From NCBI GenBank assembly GCA_002269645.1, contig NIVC01000758.1, forward strand, positions 124,001 to 188,000: DNA of 64,000 bases, written 5' to 3'. Position numbers and translations under genes: made by a program. Each line of letters begins with the position of its first letter. The first letter of the stretch is position 1. The DNA comes from Macrostomum lignano (Eukaryota). The notes beneath the pieces were generated by a model. The model had not been told where the DNA came from and did not search any database. It saw only the letters and a list, made by a program, of their open reading frames with translations. This document shows positions 63,701 through 64,000 of this stretch, one piece after another.

Positions 63701-64000
63701 CGCTGTCGATTTGTTTACAATTGTGCGCTCGGCGCCGGTGTCCACTTCGAATTTAATCAGAGACCCGTTGACTTGCAGTGTCTCTGTGAAAGGCTTGAAC
63801 CGAGCCTTCTGTGCGCTCATTCGCTTAGCCTCGTAATTTGAATTGACAGCGACGTTCTTGACGTCAGAGAAATTGTACGACTCCTCACTACTGCCGGGGC
63901 TTCCATTTGCGCTCAGATGCTTTATTTTCCTACCTTTGTAGCTCTGCTTGGGTTCGAACTTCTTCTTGCTGTGCGGCGGTTGGTTTCCGCTGAACTGCTT
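60701..64000 (-). CDS. Gag-pol polyprotein (5'-partial) of a young Ty3/Gypsy element, Mag / K02A2.6-like
   Basis: An uninterrupted frame runs to the window edge (60 codons open upstream of the listed Met). Motifs: FEVDTGA (protease), FTKLDISQAF and FVDD (RT), DASCYGVGAVL..EKE..DHKPL (RNase H), HEGHPG..CKGC, SDNGSQF, NGLAER (integrase). Confidence 0.95.
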   Translation of the reverse strand, partial: KQFSGNQPPHSKKKFEPKQSYKGRKIKHLSANGSPGSSEESYNFSDVKNVAVNSNYEAKRMSAQKARFKPFTETLQVNGSLIKFEVDTGAERTIVNKSTAELIRVKPRGTTLVLTSYSNEQIPLLGEAVVQVVIGDIATELQVAVTDGTKQNLLGRDWITQLDPLARKYTGEASAVGILSLDADHELKTILEENSELFSDGLGKIKHYTARLHLKESTTPKFCKARPVPFALKPAIEQELKSLENQDIIRKVKTSDYASPIVPVLKKDGKSIRICADYKRTINPALEVDIYPLGKPDELFTRLSGGKFFTKLDISQAFLQLELQEECRKYTTINTHMGLYEYNRLVMGLASSSAQFQEAMDKILSDTDAICFVDDIVISAASQSEHNNKLRNVLVLLKNHGIKLNKSKCEFMMREIEFLGHVIDENGVHQSPRIMRAIAEAPRPTNIPEVRSLVGLINYYRKFIRGLSDILAPLNALLQKDAEFIWSNECERAFVACKSALTSTQVLVHYDPDKPLVVHTDASCYGVGAVLSHIMSDSDEKPICYASRGLSKAEKSYSQIEKEGLAIVFAVKKFHQYLYGRRFILVTDHKPLVTLFGPKNNIPSIAASRLQRWAVILSAYQFEIRYRRTDEHGNADALSRLPLENTKSTEDGVFQNRIEAQPIDHGELKRATAMDENLSRVLRYCRFGWPEHSEQELQPYHSRRNELSVEDGVIFWGIRMLIPASLKQQLLQLLHEGHPGIVGMKSLARLHVWYPGIDKDIETALTKCKGCQAQRNLPPQAPLQPLLWPEKAWTRLHLYFFGPCYGFMWLVVVDATTKWVEIYPKRSATAHGTITKLQETFARFGYPRQILSDNGSQFTAEEFKNYLRSCRITQILTSVGHPRSNGLAERMVQTAKRALRAGMKDSHDALGCLNAFLARYRVTPHSTTGKTPSEMMLKYSPRTKLSHLHQDTEQRVAEKQEQQKQQHKGASKVAREFEPGESVLVLDFRKQGEDKWAVGEILKRCAQLSYLVKVGRMVWKRHVDHITSTGLQTESKAALSHELLEQLIGKGNNESQAINSGGGATAKTRCAETAQARRHRYKHEDVPLTQTRLRPRAAT

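Overview
Eukaryotic (metazoan) genomic DNA with GC-rich spliced exons, introns filled with tandem repeats, and nested transposons. The style resembles the flatworm Macrostomum, but the species is my inference and was not checked. Host genes reconstructed by hand with frame-consistent GT-AG junctions: a SARA/endofin-type FYVE gene (minus, 770-7774), condensin subunit NCAPD2 (plus, 27473-40553, 12 exons), an ankyrin-repeat protein (minus), an intronless frameshifted GDA1/CD39 apyrase (plus), a RERG-like small GTPase (minus) and a GT32-type glycosyltransferase (minus). Mobile DNA: a complete but decayed 10.3-kb Gypsy element (13622-23885; both LTRs, PBS, PPT, CCAT target duplication) with an extra ORF after pol; two copies of a ~298-bp MITE; a 902-bp THAP/P-like DNA transposon carrying a nested 36-bp excision-type footprint; two tRNA-derived SINE relics; and the 3' part of a younger Gypsy element at the right edge. 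Most notable: (1) a ~15-kb domain with heavy C-to-T/G-to-A decay at CpG and apparently CpA; (2) most large introns carry their own private minisatellite, one of which multiplies a splice donor in frame; (3) the P-like element with its footprint; (4) the Gypsy extra ORF. No CRISPR array, rRNA or intact tRNA gene was seen.
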